DNA of 57,548 nt, from the IMG/VR virus record IMGVR_UViG_3300008107_000002; one strand, given 5' to 3'. This DNA is from a virus. Taxonomy: Duplodnaviria > Heunggongvirae > Uroviricota > Caudoviricetes. This document shows, piece by piece, positions 37,222 through 47,100 of the stretch (within the stretch, counting starts at the first letter, position 1; each line of letters starts with the position of its first letter). The translations under genes and the position numbers were made by a program. The notes below the pieces were generated by a model. It was given only the letters and a program-made list of their open reading frames with translations, had not been told where the DNA came from and made no database searches.

Positions 37222-40032
37222 TTAGGGCGGATACGCTTCGTAATCAATTAATGCGTATTTGGAGACTCCACTTATTAGAAGTGTAATTCTTTGACGATGA
37301 ACTCCGGTAGTGTATATTCCATGTTGAGCAGTAGATCCAAAAATTACTCCTGTAACTGCTGTGCCATTGATTGTAACATTAGATGCAAATCGACTGTTAA
37401 CTCCGTCTTGTTGTAGGTATAAATCTACAACAACTGTTCCTGAATCTATTGCTGGCATATTTGTAAAATTAGCAGTAAAATTGTCCGCTATTAATGCATG
37501 AAAGAATGTTGTACCAAGAGCTAAATCATGATTAACTGTCCCAGTTGAAGCAGTTTTAAGTTGAGCATTATTAACACTTGTCTTAATTATACCAATATTA
37601 GCATTGATTGTGTCAATTGTAGCTGTTGTAGCATTAACTGTTGTAATAGTAGCAGTTGTACTTTCTATCGTAGTAACGGTGGCAGATGTAGCATTAACTG
37701 TCGTAATGGTAGCAGTTGTACTTTCTAGTGTAGTAACAGCCCCTATTTCACTTGTTAATTTTGTAATGGTAGCAGTTGTACTTTCTAGTGTAATAACTGT
37801 AGCAGACGTAGCATTAACTGTTGTAATAGTAGCAGTTGTACTTCTTAATGTAATAGCAGTAGCAGTTGTAATATTAGCAGTTGTAATATTAGCAGTTGTA
37901 ATGGTAGCACTACTTACAAATAAATTTCTCCAGGTTGCTGTTGAAAAACCTATGTCGTACAAATTATTAGTAAGCGGAGTAAGATTACCGTTAAGTTGAA
38001 TTCCGCCAGTTGGAACTTTAAGTATACCATTTCCAAATAGTATAAGTCGTTGTTGCCAAGTTGATTCTAATCCAGTACTCGGAGTAGTGTATGCACCGAG
38101 TGTATTGTCTGCGGTTGCTATACCAAATAGACTATGTGTTGCACTAGATGACCCGGTATCTCCAAGAACCATTGCTTGATTCCAAGTAGATTCTTCGTTA
38201 GTAATAATTGTTGCTTGGCCGTATTCAACAGGTATACCATAAACAGTAAAGTTTCCTGTTGGATTTCTATAGTGAATAAATCTACTATAGTTGTCAACTG
38301 ACACATCTCCTACTCTTACTTCATAATCAATAGTTGCGGTATTAGCGTACACATTTCTCCAAGCATTATCTTGTTTGCCTATGTCGTATACGTCAAAGAA
38401 ATTGGGTAATATATCTCCACGTACAGTAAGAGTGTTATTAATTAATGTTCTTGGAGCTATGGTAAGAGAAGTAGAGTTAAGAGAAAATAAAGAATCAGTA
38501 GTAGTATTATCGTAAATTTTAAGAGTGCTTGCATCATTTACAAAAATAATACTATTAGATGCAGTAGACAGCCTAAACAAAGGAGATTTATTACCTAGAG
38601 TATTGGTATTGATTAACTCTAATCCTTCTGTATAAGCCGTGCTAGTTACTTCAACTCTTATTTTATTTGCTTTAATGTTTACTGTTTGAAACTCGTTAGA
38701 AGCACTTATAAATTTAAGGTTTGCAGAAAATGTTGTAATTCCCGGAGCAAACTGATAAGGAATTTCGCCAGCAAGGCCGCCGCCAATAAATGATGCAGTA
38801 GTAGCATAGTCTGCTGTAGTTGCGGTATTTGCAACTCCTGCGGTTGTTGCAAAAGTTGCTGTAGTTACATATCCGTAGATTTGTCCGCCAACATACAAAT
38901 CTTGACCAATACCTACTCCACCTACAATTCTTACTGCACCCGATGCTGTGCTTACTGCATTTTGATTAGAAGTAAAATTAACTATATCATTTGCTGATAA
39001 TCCGGTAAAGTTTCCTCCATTTTTAGTAGCAAGGCCGATTGGTCCTGTAAATCTTCCAAAGAATTCATCTGCAACCACATTGGCACTTACTCCAATGCCG
39101 CCTCGAACAACAAGGGCGCCATTTGTTGTTGCCGTAGAATTCACTCCAGAATTTACATATCCGCTAGGAATTTCAACTAATCTATTGGATATCCAACGAT
39201 CTGTTCCTGCGTTGTAAACCCATTGAACTGGAACTGTTGGGCCTTCAATAGTTAATCCAGCACCGTCTGCCATAGTTGCAGTTGTAGCACCTTTAGCAAT
39301 AGTAATATTCTTATCAGTTACATCTAAATTTGTAGAGTTAACCCATGTAGTTGTTCCGTTAACAGTAAAGTCTCCGCCAACAGTTAAATTTCGTCCAATG
39401 TTTACGTCGGTAACAAATCCCGCACCGCCCAATACAACCAATGCTCCAGTAGACGAATTTACCGAAGTTGTAGTATTAGAAATTATTAGTTTGGTATTAT
39501 CGTATTGAAATAACGGATTAAATGTAGTTGTTCCGGTATTTGATTGGAAAGGAATTTGCCACGGGCCGCCGCCTACTAGGTTAGTTGCAGAATTAGCATA
39601 GTTTACGCTAATGGCCGCAGTAGTAGTCCATATTGGAATAACACCGTTGCTTACCAACAATGATCCAGTATTACCAATAGAAACAAATCCAGTAGTAGAG
39701 GTATTAGTTTGATATAGAATAGATCCAGGAGCACCGCCTTTTACCGAAATAGCTAGGCTGGCAGTTGTAATTAGACCGATAAGATTTCCGTAGATATTAC
39801 CAAGAACATGTAGATCTTCTCCAACCCATAGATTTTTACCAAATGAGCCGCCACCAAATACAACAAGATCACCTGTTCCAGTATTGGTTGCCTGATTATA
39901 ACCGACTAAAAATAATCTATCTAGTACGTTATTAAAATCTCTCCGCCAACTATTTGTTGCAAAATAATATTGATATTTGATGCCGTTGACTATTGCAAAA
40001 TCGCCGTTAGCTGGGGTTAATGGAAATGACAT
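37222..40032 (-). CDS. tail fibre / long virion fibre, Thr-rich
   Basis: 936 aa; repeated TGALVV.GG.G units; LTVGGDFTVNGTTT.VNST; DKNITI; Thr pentapeptide repeats. Confidence 0.75.
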   Translation of the reverse strand: MSFPLTPANGDFAIVNGIKYQYYFATNSWRRDFNNVLDRLFLVGYNQATNTGTGDLVVFGGGSFGKNLWVGEDLHVLGNIYGNLIGLITTASLAISVKGGAPGSILYQTNTSTTGFVSIGNTGSLLVSNGVIPIWTTTAAISVNYANSATNLVGGGPWQIPFQSNTGTTTFNPLFQYDNTKLIISNTTTSVNSSTGALVVLGGAGFVTDVNIGRNLTVGGDFTVNGTTTWVNSTNLDVTDKNITIAKGATTATMADGAGLTIEGPTVPVQWVYNAGTDRWISNRLVEIPSGYVNSGVNSTATTNGALVVRGGIGVSANVVADEFFGRFTGPIGLATKNGGNFTGLSANDIVNFTSNQNAVSTASGAVRIVGGVGIGQDLYVGGQIYGYVTTATFATTAGVANTATTADYATTASFIGGGLAGEIPYQFAPGITTFSANLKFISASNEFQTVNIKANKIRVEVTSTAYTEGLELINTNTLGNKSPLFRLSTASNSIIFVNDASTLKIYDNTTTDSLFSLNSTSLTIAPRTLINNTLTVRGDILPNFFDVYDIGKQDNAWRNVYANTATIDYEVRVGDVSVDNYSRFIHYRNPTGNFTVYGIPVEYGQATIITNEESTWNQAMVLGDTGSSSATHSLFGIATADNTLGAYTTPSTGLESTWQQRLILFGNGILKVPTGGIQLNGNLTPLTNNLYDIGFSTATWRNLFVSSATITTANITTANITTATAITLRSTTATITTVNATSATVITLESTTATITKLTSEIGAVTTLESTTATITTVNATSATVTTIESTTATITTVNATTATIDTINANIGIIKTSVNNAQLKTASTGTVNHDLALGTTFFHALIADNFTANFTNMPAIDSGTVVVDLYLQQDGVNSRFASNVTINGTAVTGVIFGSTAQHGIYTTGVHRQRITLLISGVSKYALIDYEAYPP
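37600..37912. repeat. 15/30/60-bp tandem repeats encoding TATIT-type pentapeptides
   Basis: Recurring tagcagttgta and gtagcattaactgt units; protein reads TTATITTVNATSATV repeatedly. Confidence 0.85.
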
Positions 40033-40047
40033 GTTCTTATGTTCCTA

Positions 40048-43000
40048 TTATCTTCTTACAATACATTCAACTAAACTATTTTCGCCGTCAGCAAGTGCAA
40101 ACGCAAATGGTTCTTTACCGTTGCTTACTGTACTGCCACAACCGTTTGTTGCTGGCCAAATAGGATCACCTTTTCTTACTGTGCCTATGATCTTAACAGG
40201 AACACGCCCTAATAAAGCAACTGCTTGCCCTTCTGCATGGCTGTTCATTAGCATAGCTGGTTTGTCAGAAATAACTCCTAATACATAGCAATCACTATCA
40301 GTAACCATTGTTACTTCACATACTCCTCCAACTTTAACTAACGTACCAACTGCATATTCTTTATCTGTTAGATATTTTTCAGCAACGTCAGCGTAGAATG
40401 CCTGTATTGCAGTACCTCGGAAATATCTTGCATATACATCGTTAGATGATGAAGACAAATACAGGTCAGCGTTTGGCATTTGATAACTAGCGCCGTTAAA
40501 CTCGAGATATTTTGTATTTGAATTGCCTAGATATACTCTACCAGTTGAAACAGATCCATCATTTTGTACTTTAAGATCATGAAGTTTAGTCTGAGTACCG
40601 TCAAAGGTTTGTCTGCTACTTGTGGCAAGAAGTCCTATACTATTCTTATATAGAATTTCATTATTGTTACCAACACCTGCAAGATTACCAGCGGAACCTT
40701 GGTAGCCTACACGACCTATACTACCAATAGGACCGATACTACCAATAGGACCGATACTACCTGTAAATCCAGTTGGTCCTATAGCACCAGCACTACCTTG
40801 AAATCCTACACCACCTATACTTCCACGATAGCCTACTGCACCTATACTTCCTTGGTATCCTACTACTCCCCTGCTACCTTGATAACCAGGAATACCTTGA
40901 CTACCAATGTAACCAGTGCCGCCTCTACTACCTAGATAACCGGCTGAGCCTGTATAACCAACTTGTCCAATACTACCTTGGAAACCTTCAGATCCTCTAT
41001 AACCTACTGCACCACGACTTCCAACAGGACCAATACTACCAATAGGACCGATACTACCTTGGAAACCTTCACTACCTCGGTATCCTACAACTTGTGAGCC
41101 AGTATATCCTGTTAGGCCGCGACTACCAACGTAACCTTCGGATCCTCGATATCCAGCACTGCCGTAATAACCAGCACTTCCGATATATCCAGCGCTGCCC
41201 CAATATCCAATACTACCTTTGAAACCTTCAGATCCTCTATAACCTACACCTGAACTACCTTGGAATCCTGCACTGCCCCAATATCCAGTACTACCTCGGA
41301 ATCCTTCTGTTCCTCTATAACCAGTACTGCCCCTAAATCCTTCAGATCCTTGATATCCAATACCTGAGCTACCTTGGAATCCTACACTGCCGCGGAATCC
41401 TTCTGTTCCTCTATAACCTGTAGATCCTTTATAACCTACATCGCCAATACTACCGGCATATCCAGCACTACCTAGGAAGCCAGCACTACCTCTAAATCCA
41501 GCACTGCCGTAATAACCTTCGCTACCTTGGTAACCAGCAGAACCCCGGTATCCTACGCCTTCTGATCCAGTAAATCCATCTCTACCTTTACTACCTTGAT
41601 AGCCTTCTGATCCTTGGTAACCCACACCTTCGCTACCTTGATAGCCTGTGCTACCCCAATAGCCGCCAACTCCTCGGCTACCTACATAACCAGCACTACC
41701 CCAATATCCAGCACTACCGTAATAACCAGCAGACCCTTGGAAACCTTCGCCAGAGCTACCTGTAAATCCAGCACTACCAAAGTAACCTTCAGATCCTACA
41801 TACCCAGAGTCGCCTCTACTACCGGCATATCCAGCACTACCATAATAACCTTCTGATCCTTGAAATCCAACTTCTCCTACCGGACCTTGAACTCCTGGAC
41901 GGCCTTGACTACCGACATAACCTGCTGAACCTCTATAACCTTGATCGCCTTTACTTCCTTGGAAACCTGTATATCCCCTACTACCTAGATAACCGGTTTC
42001 TCCCTGGCCGCCAGCACTACCAGTAAATCCAGCGCCAGCACTACCAGTAAAGCCAACACTACCTACAAATCCGTAACTGCCTGCAAATCCAATACCGATA
42101 GATCCAGTAAATCCAAGACTACCTGTATAACCTACAGAACCAATAAATCCTTTACTACCTGTAAATCCAGAACTACTACCAGTATAGCCTATATCTCCCT
42201 GACTACCGTCGAATCCTACCAATCCACGACTGCCAGTAAATCCTGAACTAGATCCGGTGTATCCCATTGACCCGCTATAACCGGGAATATCACTAGCACT
42301 ACCAGTATAACCGAAGCTACCAACATAGCCTCGACTACCAGTGTAACCGAAGCTACCAACATAGCCCAGAGATCCAGTAAAACCTTTTTCACCTTTACTA
42401 CCTACATAGCCAATACTACCAGTATAGCCTACGTTACCTTGGCTACCTGTAAATCCATCATTACCTTGAGAACCAGCAAAACCCTGGCTACCTCCAAATC
42501 CACGACTGCCAGTAAAACCGATACTACCTGCAAAACCCGCACTACCTTGGAAACCGTCAGATCCAGTAAAACCAGTATCTCCTTTTGGTCCTTGGCTACC
42601 TGCAAAACCGATGCTGCCTCTAAATCCTATAGATCCTGTATAACCAGGTCCGCCTAGGCTACCAGTGAAACCTTTACTACCAGTGAAACCTTTATCACCT
42701 GCAGAGCCGCCGTAGCCTAATTCACCTTGACTGCCAGTATAGCCTTGAATTCCTTGACTACCGACATATCCTTGACTACCAGTATAGCCTTGACTGCCTA
42801 CAAATCCTTCTACGCCTCGACTACCTGTAAAACCAGTTGAACCAAAACTTCCTGAATAACCAGCACTACCAGTGTAACCAAAGCTACCAATAAATCCTTT
42901 GCTCCCTGTATAGCCTTGAGGACCTTCACTACCTGTATATCCTCTACTACCATCGTAGCCTGTACTACCAACAAACCCTGCTCCGGTACTGCCAGTATAT

Positions 43001-43785
43001 CCAATACTACCTGTGTAGCCAAATGATCCAGTAAAACCGTCAAGGCCTTGACTACCTGCAAATCCAGAAGTACCCTGACTTCCGTAATAACCCTGATCCC
43101 CTTTGCTACCTGTATATCCAAAACTACCTGTGTATCCTTGACTACCTGTATAACCTCTACTACCTGTGTAGCCAAAACTACCTGTATATCCTTTGCTACC
43201 GGTGTATCCCCCTGGAATACCCGGGTCACCTTTTGCGCCTTGCGAACCAGTAAATCCAGAACTACTACCAGTAAAACCAAATTGAGCAACAGTTGTTGAA
43301 AAGAATGGTCCAGTTACATCAATCCAGACTAATTGGGTGTTGTCGTTTGTGTATTCATACATTACATCAGAATTGTAATCATACCAAACATCGCCTTCTC
43401 TAGCGATTGAAGGACCAGGTGGATTAGGTCCTCTATAAAAATTAGGAATGCGATAACTAGGACGACCACCATGATTAATTGGCTGAGTATCTGGAACCGT
43501 GAGTCCTTGTAAGAAGATTGTTGCAGTCGAGTCTACAAAAATGACTCCGTTAACATCAGCTTTAAGTGTAATATTAATGCCAGGCTGAGCAAGAACTGTA
43601 CCTGTAGAAAATTCTAAATTTCCTAAACTACTAGCATATCTTGTACGAGAAAGCTCGTCAGTAATTAATGTAAAACCAGTACTAGTTGAAGGAGAAGGTC
43701 CCAACGCCGGTTGAGCGCCGGACAGGTTAATAAAATCACCCGATCCCCCGTCACGTTCAACTGAGTCGTCGAGAGTCTTAAGCAT
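40048..43785 (-). CDS. Gly-X-Y repeat (collagen-like) fibre with C-terminal chaperone-like domain
   Basis: Start MLKTLD at 43785 (GGAG RBS); ~860 aa of G-[FY]-x-G-S-x; C-terminal YADVAEKY...GVIS.KPA.LMN...VALLGRVPVK typical of phage fibre C-termini. Confidence 0.8.
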   Translation of the reverse strand: MLKTLDDSVERDGGSGDFINLSGAQPALGPSPSTSTGFTLITDELSRTRYASSLGNLEFSTGTVLAQPGINITLKADVNGVIFVDSTATIFLQGLTVPDTQPINHGGRPSYRIPNFYRGPNPPGPSIAREGDVWYDYNSDVMYEYTNDNTQLVWIDVTGPFFSTTVAQFGFTGSSSGFTGSQGAKGDPGIPGGYTGSKGYTGSFGYTGSRGYTGSQGYTGSFGYTGSKGDQGYYGSQGTSGFAGSQGLDGFTGSFGYTGSIGYTGSTGAGFVGSTGYDGSRGYTGSEGPQGYTGSKGFIGSFGYTGSAGYSGSFGSTGFTGSRGVEGFVGSQGYTGSQGYVGSQGIQGYTGSQGELGYGGSAGDKGFTGSKGFTGSLGGPGYTGSIGFRGSIGFAGSQGPKGDTGFTGSDGFQGSAGFAGSIGFTGSRGFGGSQGFAGSQGNDGFTGSQGNVGYTGSIGYVGSKGEKGFTGSLGYVGSFGYTGSRGYVGSFGYTGSASDIPGYSGSMGYTGSSSGFTGSRGLVGFDGSQGDIGYTGSSSGFTGSKGFIGSVGYTGSLGFTGSIGIGFAGSYGFVGSVGFTGSAGAGFTGSAGGQGETGYLGSRGYTGFQGSKGDQGYRGSAGYVGSQGRPGVQGPVGEVGFQGSEGYYGSAGYAGSRGDSGYVGSEGYFGSAGFTGSSGEGFQGSAGYYGSAGYWGSAGYVGSRGVGGYWGSTGYQGSEGVGYQGSEGYQGSKGRDGFTGSEGVGYRGSAGYQGSEGYYGSAGFRGSAGFLGSAGYAGSIGDVGYKGSTGYRGTEGFRGSVGFQGSSGIGYQGSEGFRGSTGYRGTEGFRGSTGYWGSAGFQGSSGVGYRGSEGFKGSIGYWGSAGYIGSAGYYGSAGYRGSEGYVGSRGLTGYTGSQVVGYRGSEGFQGSIGPIGSIGPVGSRGAVGYRGSEGFQGSIGQVGYTGSAGYLGSRGGTGYIGSQGIPGYQGSRGVVGYQGSIGAVGYRGSIGGVGFQGSAGAIGPTGFTGSIGPIGSIGPIGSIGRVGYQGSAGNLAGVGNNNEILYKNSIGLLATSSRQTFDGTQTKLHDLKVQNDGSVSTGRVYLGNSNTKYLEFNGASYQMPNADLYLSSSSNDVYARYFRGTAIQAFYADVAEKYLTDKEYAVGTLVKVGGVCEVTMVTDSDCYVLGVISDKPAMLMNSHAEGQAVALLGRVPVKIIGTVRKGDPIWPATNGCGSTVSNGKEPFAFALADGENSLVECIVRR
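40687..43278. repeat. degenerate 18-bp coding tandem repeat
   Basis: actacc / gatcc units recurring about every 18 nt. Confidence 0.9.
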
Positions 43786-44161
43786 TTGCTGTCTCCAAGA
43801 CACTTAAAGTTATTCTGCAGGCATCAGGATTAGTAGTCCACGCACGTACACTATCAAGACTTTCAACAATTACTTTTCCAGTAACAACACTAGACGCATT
43901 ATTTTTTGGAATAGCAAAATTAGATACTAGGGGAGTAAATGTATTTCCCGGCTGTCCTCCGTTACCTTGTGCGTCAGGTAATACTTGTAATCTTCTGTAG
44001 TGCCCAAATGATACATATTGTGTTGCGTTAGTAACGTTTGCAATTTGTGTCATAAGAATAATAGCAGTTGTACCGATTGGGGCAGTATAAATTGTTGCAG
44101 TTGTACTTGTTGTAAGTACCTGTGTCTTTGTCTTAAATGTATTTAATGGTATTAATGCCAT
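43778..44161 (-). CDS. small virion protein (paralogue of 51881..52210)
   Basis: IYTAP..TTAIIL..QIAN...FAIP.N..S...K..VES.DSVRA pattern. Confidence 0.65.
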   Translation of the reverse strand: MALIPLNTFKTKTQVLTTSTTATIYTAPIGTTAIILMTQIANVTNATQYVSFGHYRRLQVLPDAQGNGGQPGNTFTPLVSNFAIPKNNASSVVTGKVIVESLDSVRAWTTNPDACRITLSVLETANA

Positions 44162-44172
44162 GATATTTCCTT

Positions 44173-47100
44173 TTATCCACCTGCCTCAACGGCTAATATA
44201 AACGGAGTCATTTGGGCAAACAACGACTTCGTAAATGTTCTTCCTGACAACACTCCGGTTGCCTGACTAATAACTAATCCCGGACCAATACGGAAATCGC
44301 CGTTCTGATCAGTTGATGTAAAGAATACTTTACCGTTATCTATTTGTACTACTTCTCGACTTTGGATAGGATCTGCTCTACCAACTTGAGGTAAACTACC
44401 ATAGTTTGTACCAGCACCAACATATTCAAATGTATAACCCAACGCACTCATGTAACTTCTTTGATAGAAATTAATTGTTGAACCATCTGGGAATAACAAT
44501 GGATTACGTACTTGATCTTCTAAACTAATCTTATGATATGTACCTGCCCTACTCCAATAACTTAATCCGCTCATTACTGCGTTATAATTTCCGCCATTTG
44601 TAAGATCTAGGATTAGTCTATCAATAATTAGCGCAGTGTCTCTCTTACATTTGTAAGTTTGGCTTACAGTCATAGTATAAGTATTTCTACTTACAGCATA
44701 GTGGGTAACTTCTGCAACAATAAACTCTTTATTGGCACGTAGTTGTGCAATAGCTTGTGATGCTTGAGGAGGACTTTGTCCTGTTTTTCGTATCGTAGGA
44801 GCTGAACCTACACCGTCATTAAAGATTGTTAATATATCATTAAATCTGTCACTGATAAAAGAGTTTGCGGCTGCGCCAGAGTCATTAACTTTGTTCTGTA
44901 TTACGCCTACTGTGTTGCCTGCAATAATAGTATTGTTTGCAACTACATTAATTACTAGTTGAGTCATAAACTCAAGTGCTTCTTTTTCAGCTAGTTTATG
45001 TAGTGCTCCAGGAACATCAGGTAACATAGAGTTACCAACAGTAATTGGGTTCGAAGTAATAGAACTACTTAATACATTATAGTATGCATTTCCGCAAGTT
45101 AATATTGTAAAAAAGTTAGGATTATCAACTTCCCCACCACCGGATGTAAGGGCTACACTTAATGTAATGCTTTGATAATTAACATCAGTAACTAAAGTTC
45201 CTGTAGTAGCATACATAACACCATTAGTATCAACAAAACTACCAAATTGATCTCGAATGTATACTGTTTGGCCAATTGCAACTCCGTCTGTTACAATGTT
45301 TGTAATCTTGATTGATCCAGTTGTTAGTGTTGCCATGTTAGCGGCAGCAGTTAAAAATCCTGGCAACCCTTGATCATTTGTATATAAAGTTTCTACAAAA
45401 TTTCCAGCACCAGTAGTATCTTGCAAATAATATTTAGGTGGAACAACTTCCATCACTAAACCAATGTGAGGTCTATATGTAGTATCTGGAATAAATGCAA
45501 GCATTTCTGCATTTTGTGGCCAAAATCCGTTTGGATAATATTGTCCGTTTTCTGTAAGACCGCCTGATTGTGCAAGTGTTGGGTATGAAGGATTATAAAC
45601 TGTTCCTTGGAAATCTAATTTTCCTTTACCTTTTGCTACTAAACAGAAGTCACCAAAGTTACTATTACTGTTAGTAATAGATGCAATGCCTCCATTGCCA
45701 ACTTCAACAGCAATCGAGCAGAATACGGTGAACACAGAAACTAGCTGTGCATAGCCGTTGTTGATGATGTGAATGCCTCGGCCACCTTGATTAACTTGAG
45801 TGAAGGCATCGTAAACAAACGAGTTAATAGGACTTCGCTCACTTACTACTGCGCCGTCTACTAATGATCCGCCCATAGAGCCTGTTGGATCAACCATACG
45901 CTGACCCCAATCTATTGCCTGTTGTGGCGTAAACTCTGCATCAAGTTTTGGAAATACTAATGTTTGACCGAAATATAATGTAGCATTTACAGCAGGTCCA
46001 ATTGTTGGTTTGTCTAATTCAATTAGATATTGTCCAGCTGGGAACGAATTGATATAGGCAATCATTTCGTTAATTAGCGTAGCTTTTACACTACTAAATG
46101 CACCGGCTGCATTTACAATTCCTGCTGGCACCCAATTAGTACCTGGATCTTCTTTAGCAGGAAGATTAGATAAATTACCGTCAGTAATAGCTCCTGTAAT
46201 AATATCTACCAACGCTGATAATGTTGTGGCTTCAGTGGCTGTTGCATCTTCTCCGTCTGCACGTTGACCTAACTCATTTCCATAAGTAGGAATTACATTT
46301 ATACCTTGTATAACTGACTGTGCTACATTAGACAGATGATTAAACGCCGCAACTACTTGAGATGTTTCGCCTGCAATTACACTTGCACCTGTGTCAGTAA
46401 ATAATAACATCGCATTAAATCTGCTACCGCTATTTCCACCGTATAAAATATCATAACATAATGCATCAACGATAAATCCAACATCTCTAGCATACCTTGT
46501 TTTATTAAAAACAAAGTTACTACTAAAAGGTGCAATATTATATTCAATTTGATTTTCTATCCATGCAATTGTTTCTGCCTTAAGGAATTCTTTATTTGCA
46601 ACTAATTGATTTTTGGCTGCTATTTTTCCTGCAACTCCGCCGGTCGGATTAGCAAAAATAATTACAGGAGCAGTATTTCCATCTACTATTCTTAATAATT
46701 CCGCAAAAGAATTATCAGCTCTTGCTGCCGCAAGTGGGCTGGTAGACATTAACGTTGCTGCCTGATCTTTAAGATAGGTAAATGCCGTGATAGTTTGACT
46801 TAATTCTGTTGCCCTTAACAACGCTATTGAGGCTGTACCTCTTTGATACGCTAGACCATTGAGTACGGCATTATAATTTGTCCCTAATACCGCATCATAA
46901 TAAACTCCGTCAACTATATAGCTGGCGTCGCGTCTACATAAATTTTCATCGTAGGTAAAAGCACTAATAGCAGTAACTTTTGGAGCAAGTTTTGTATCGT
47001 TATTGCTTATTCCTGTATCAGCAAATAACCCTGATCCTACATATGATTGAGGTGCGGCTTCGGGGCCGTCTCGCATTATTTTGGTAATAATATCAAAACT

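Noticed and set aside
37600-43278. Tandem repeats as a possible CRISPR array or DGR template/variable repeat
   Set aside because: The repeats are in frame, degenerate at third positions and lack unique spacers; no cas or reverse transcriptase gene is in the window
40687-43278. Bacterial ice nucleation protein (InaZ)
   Set aside because: InaZ has 16-residue AGYGSTxT repeats; here the period is 3/6 with Gly every third residue and a phage-fibre C-terminus
40699-43299. Several short ORFs in other frames and strands within the Gly-rich gene
   Set aside because: By-products of the 18-bp coding repeat; no RBS or promoter
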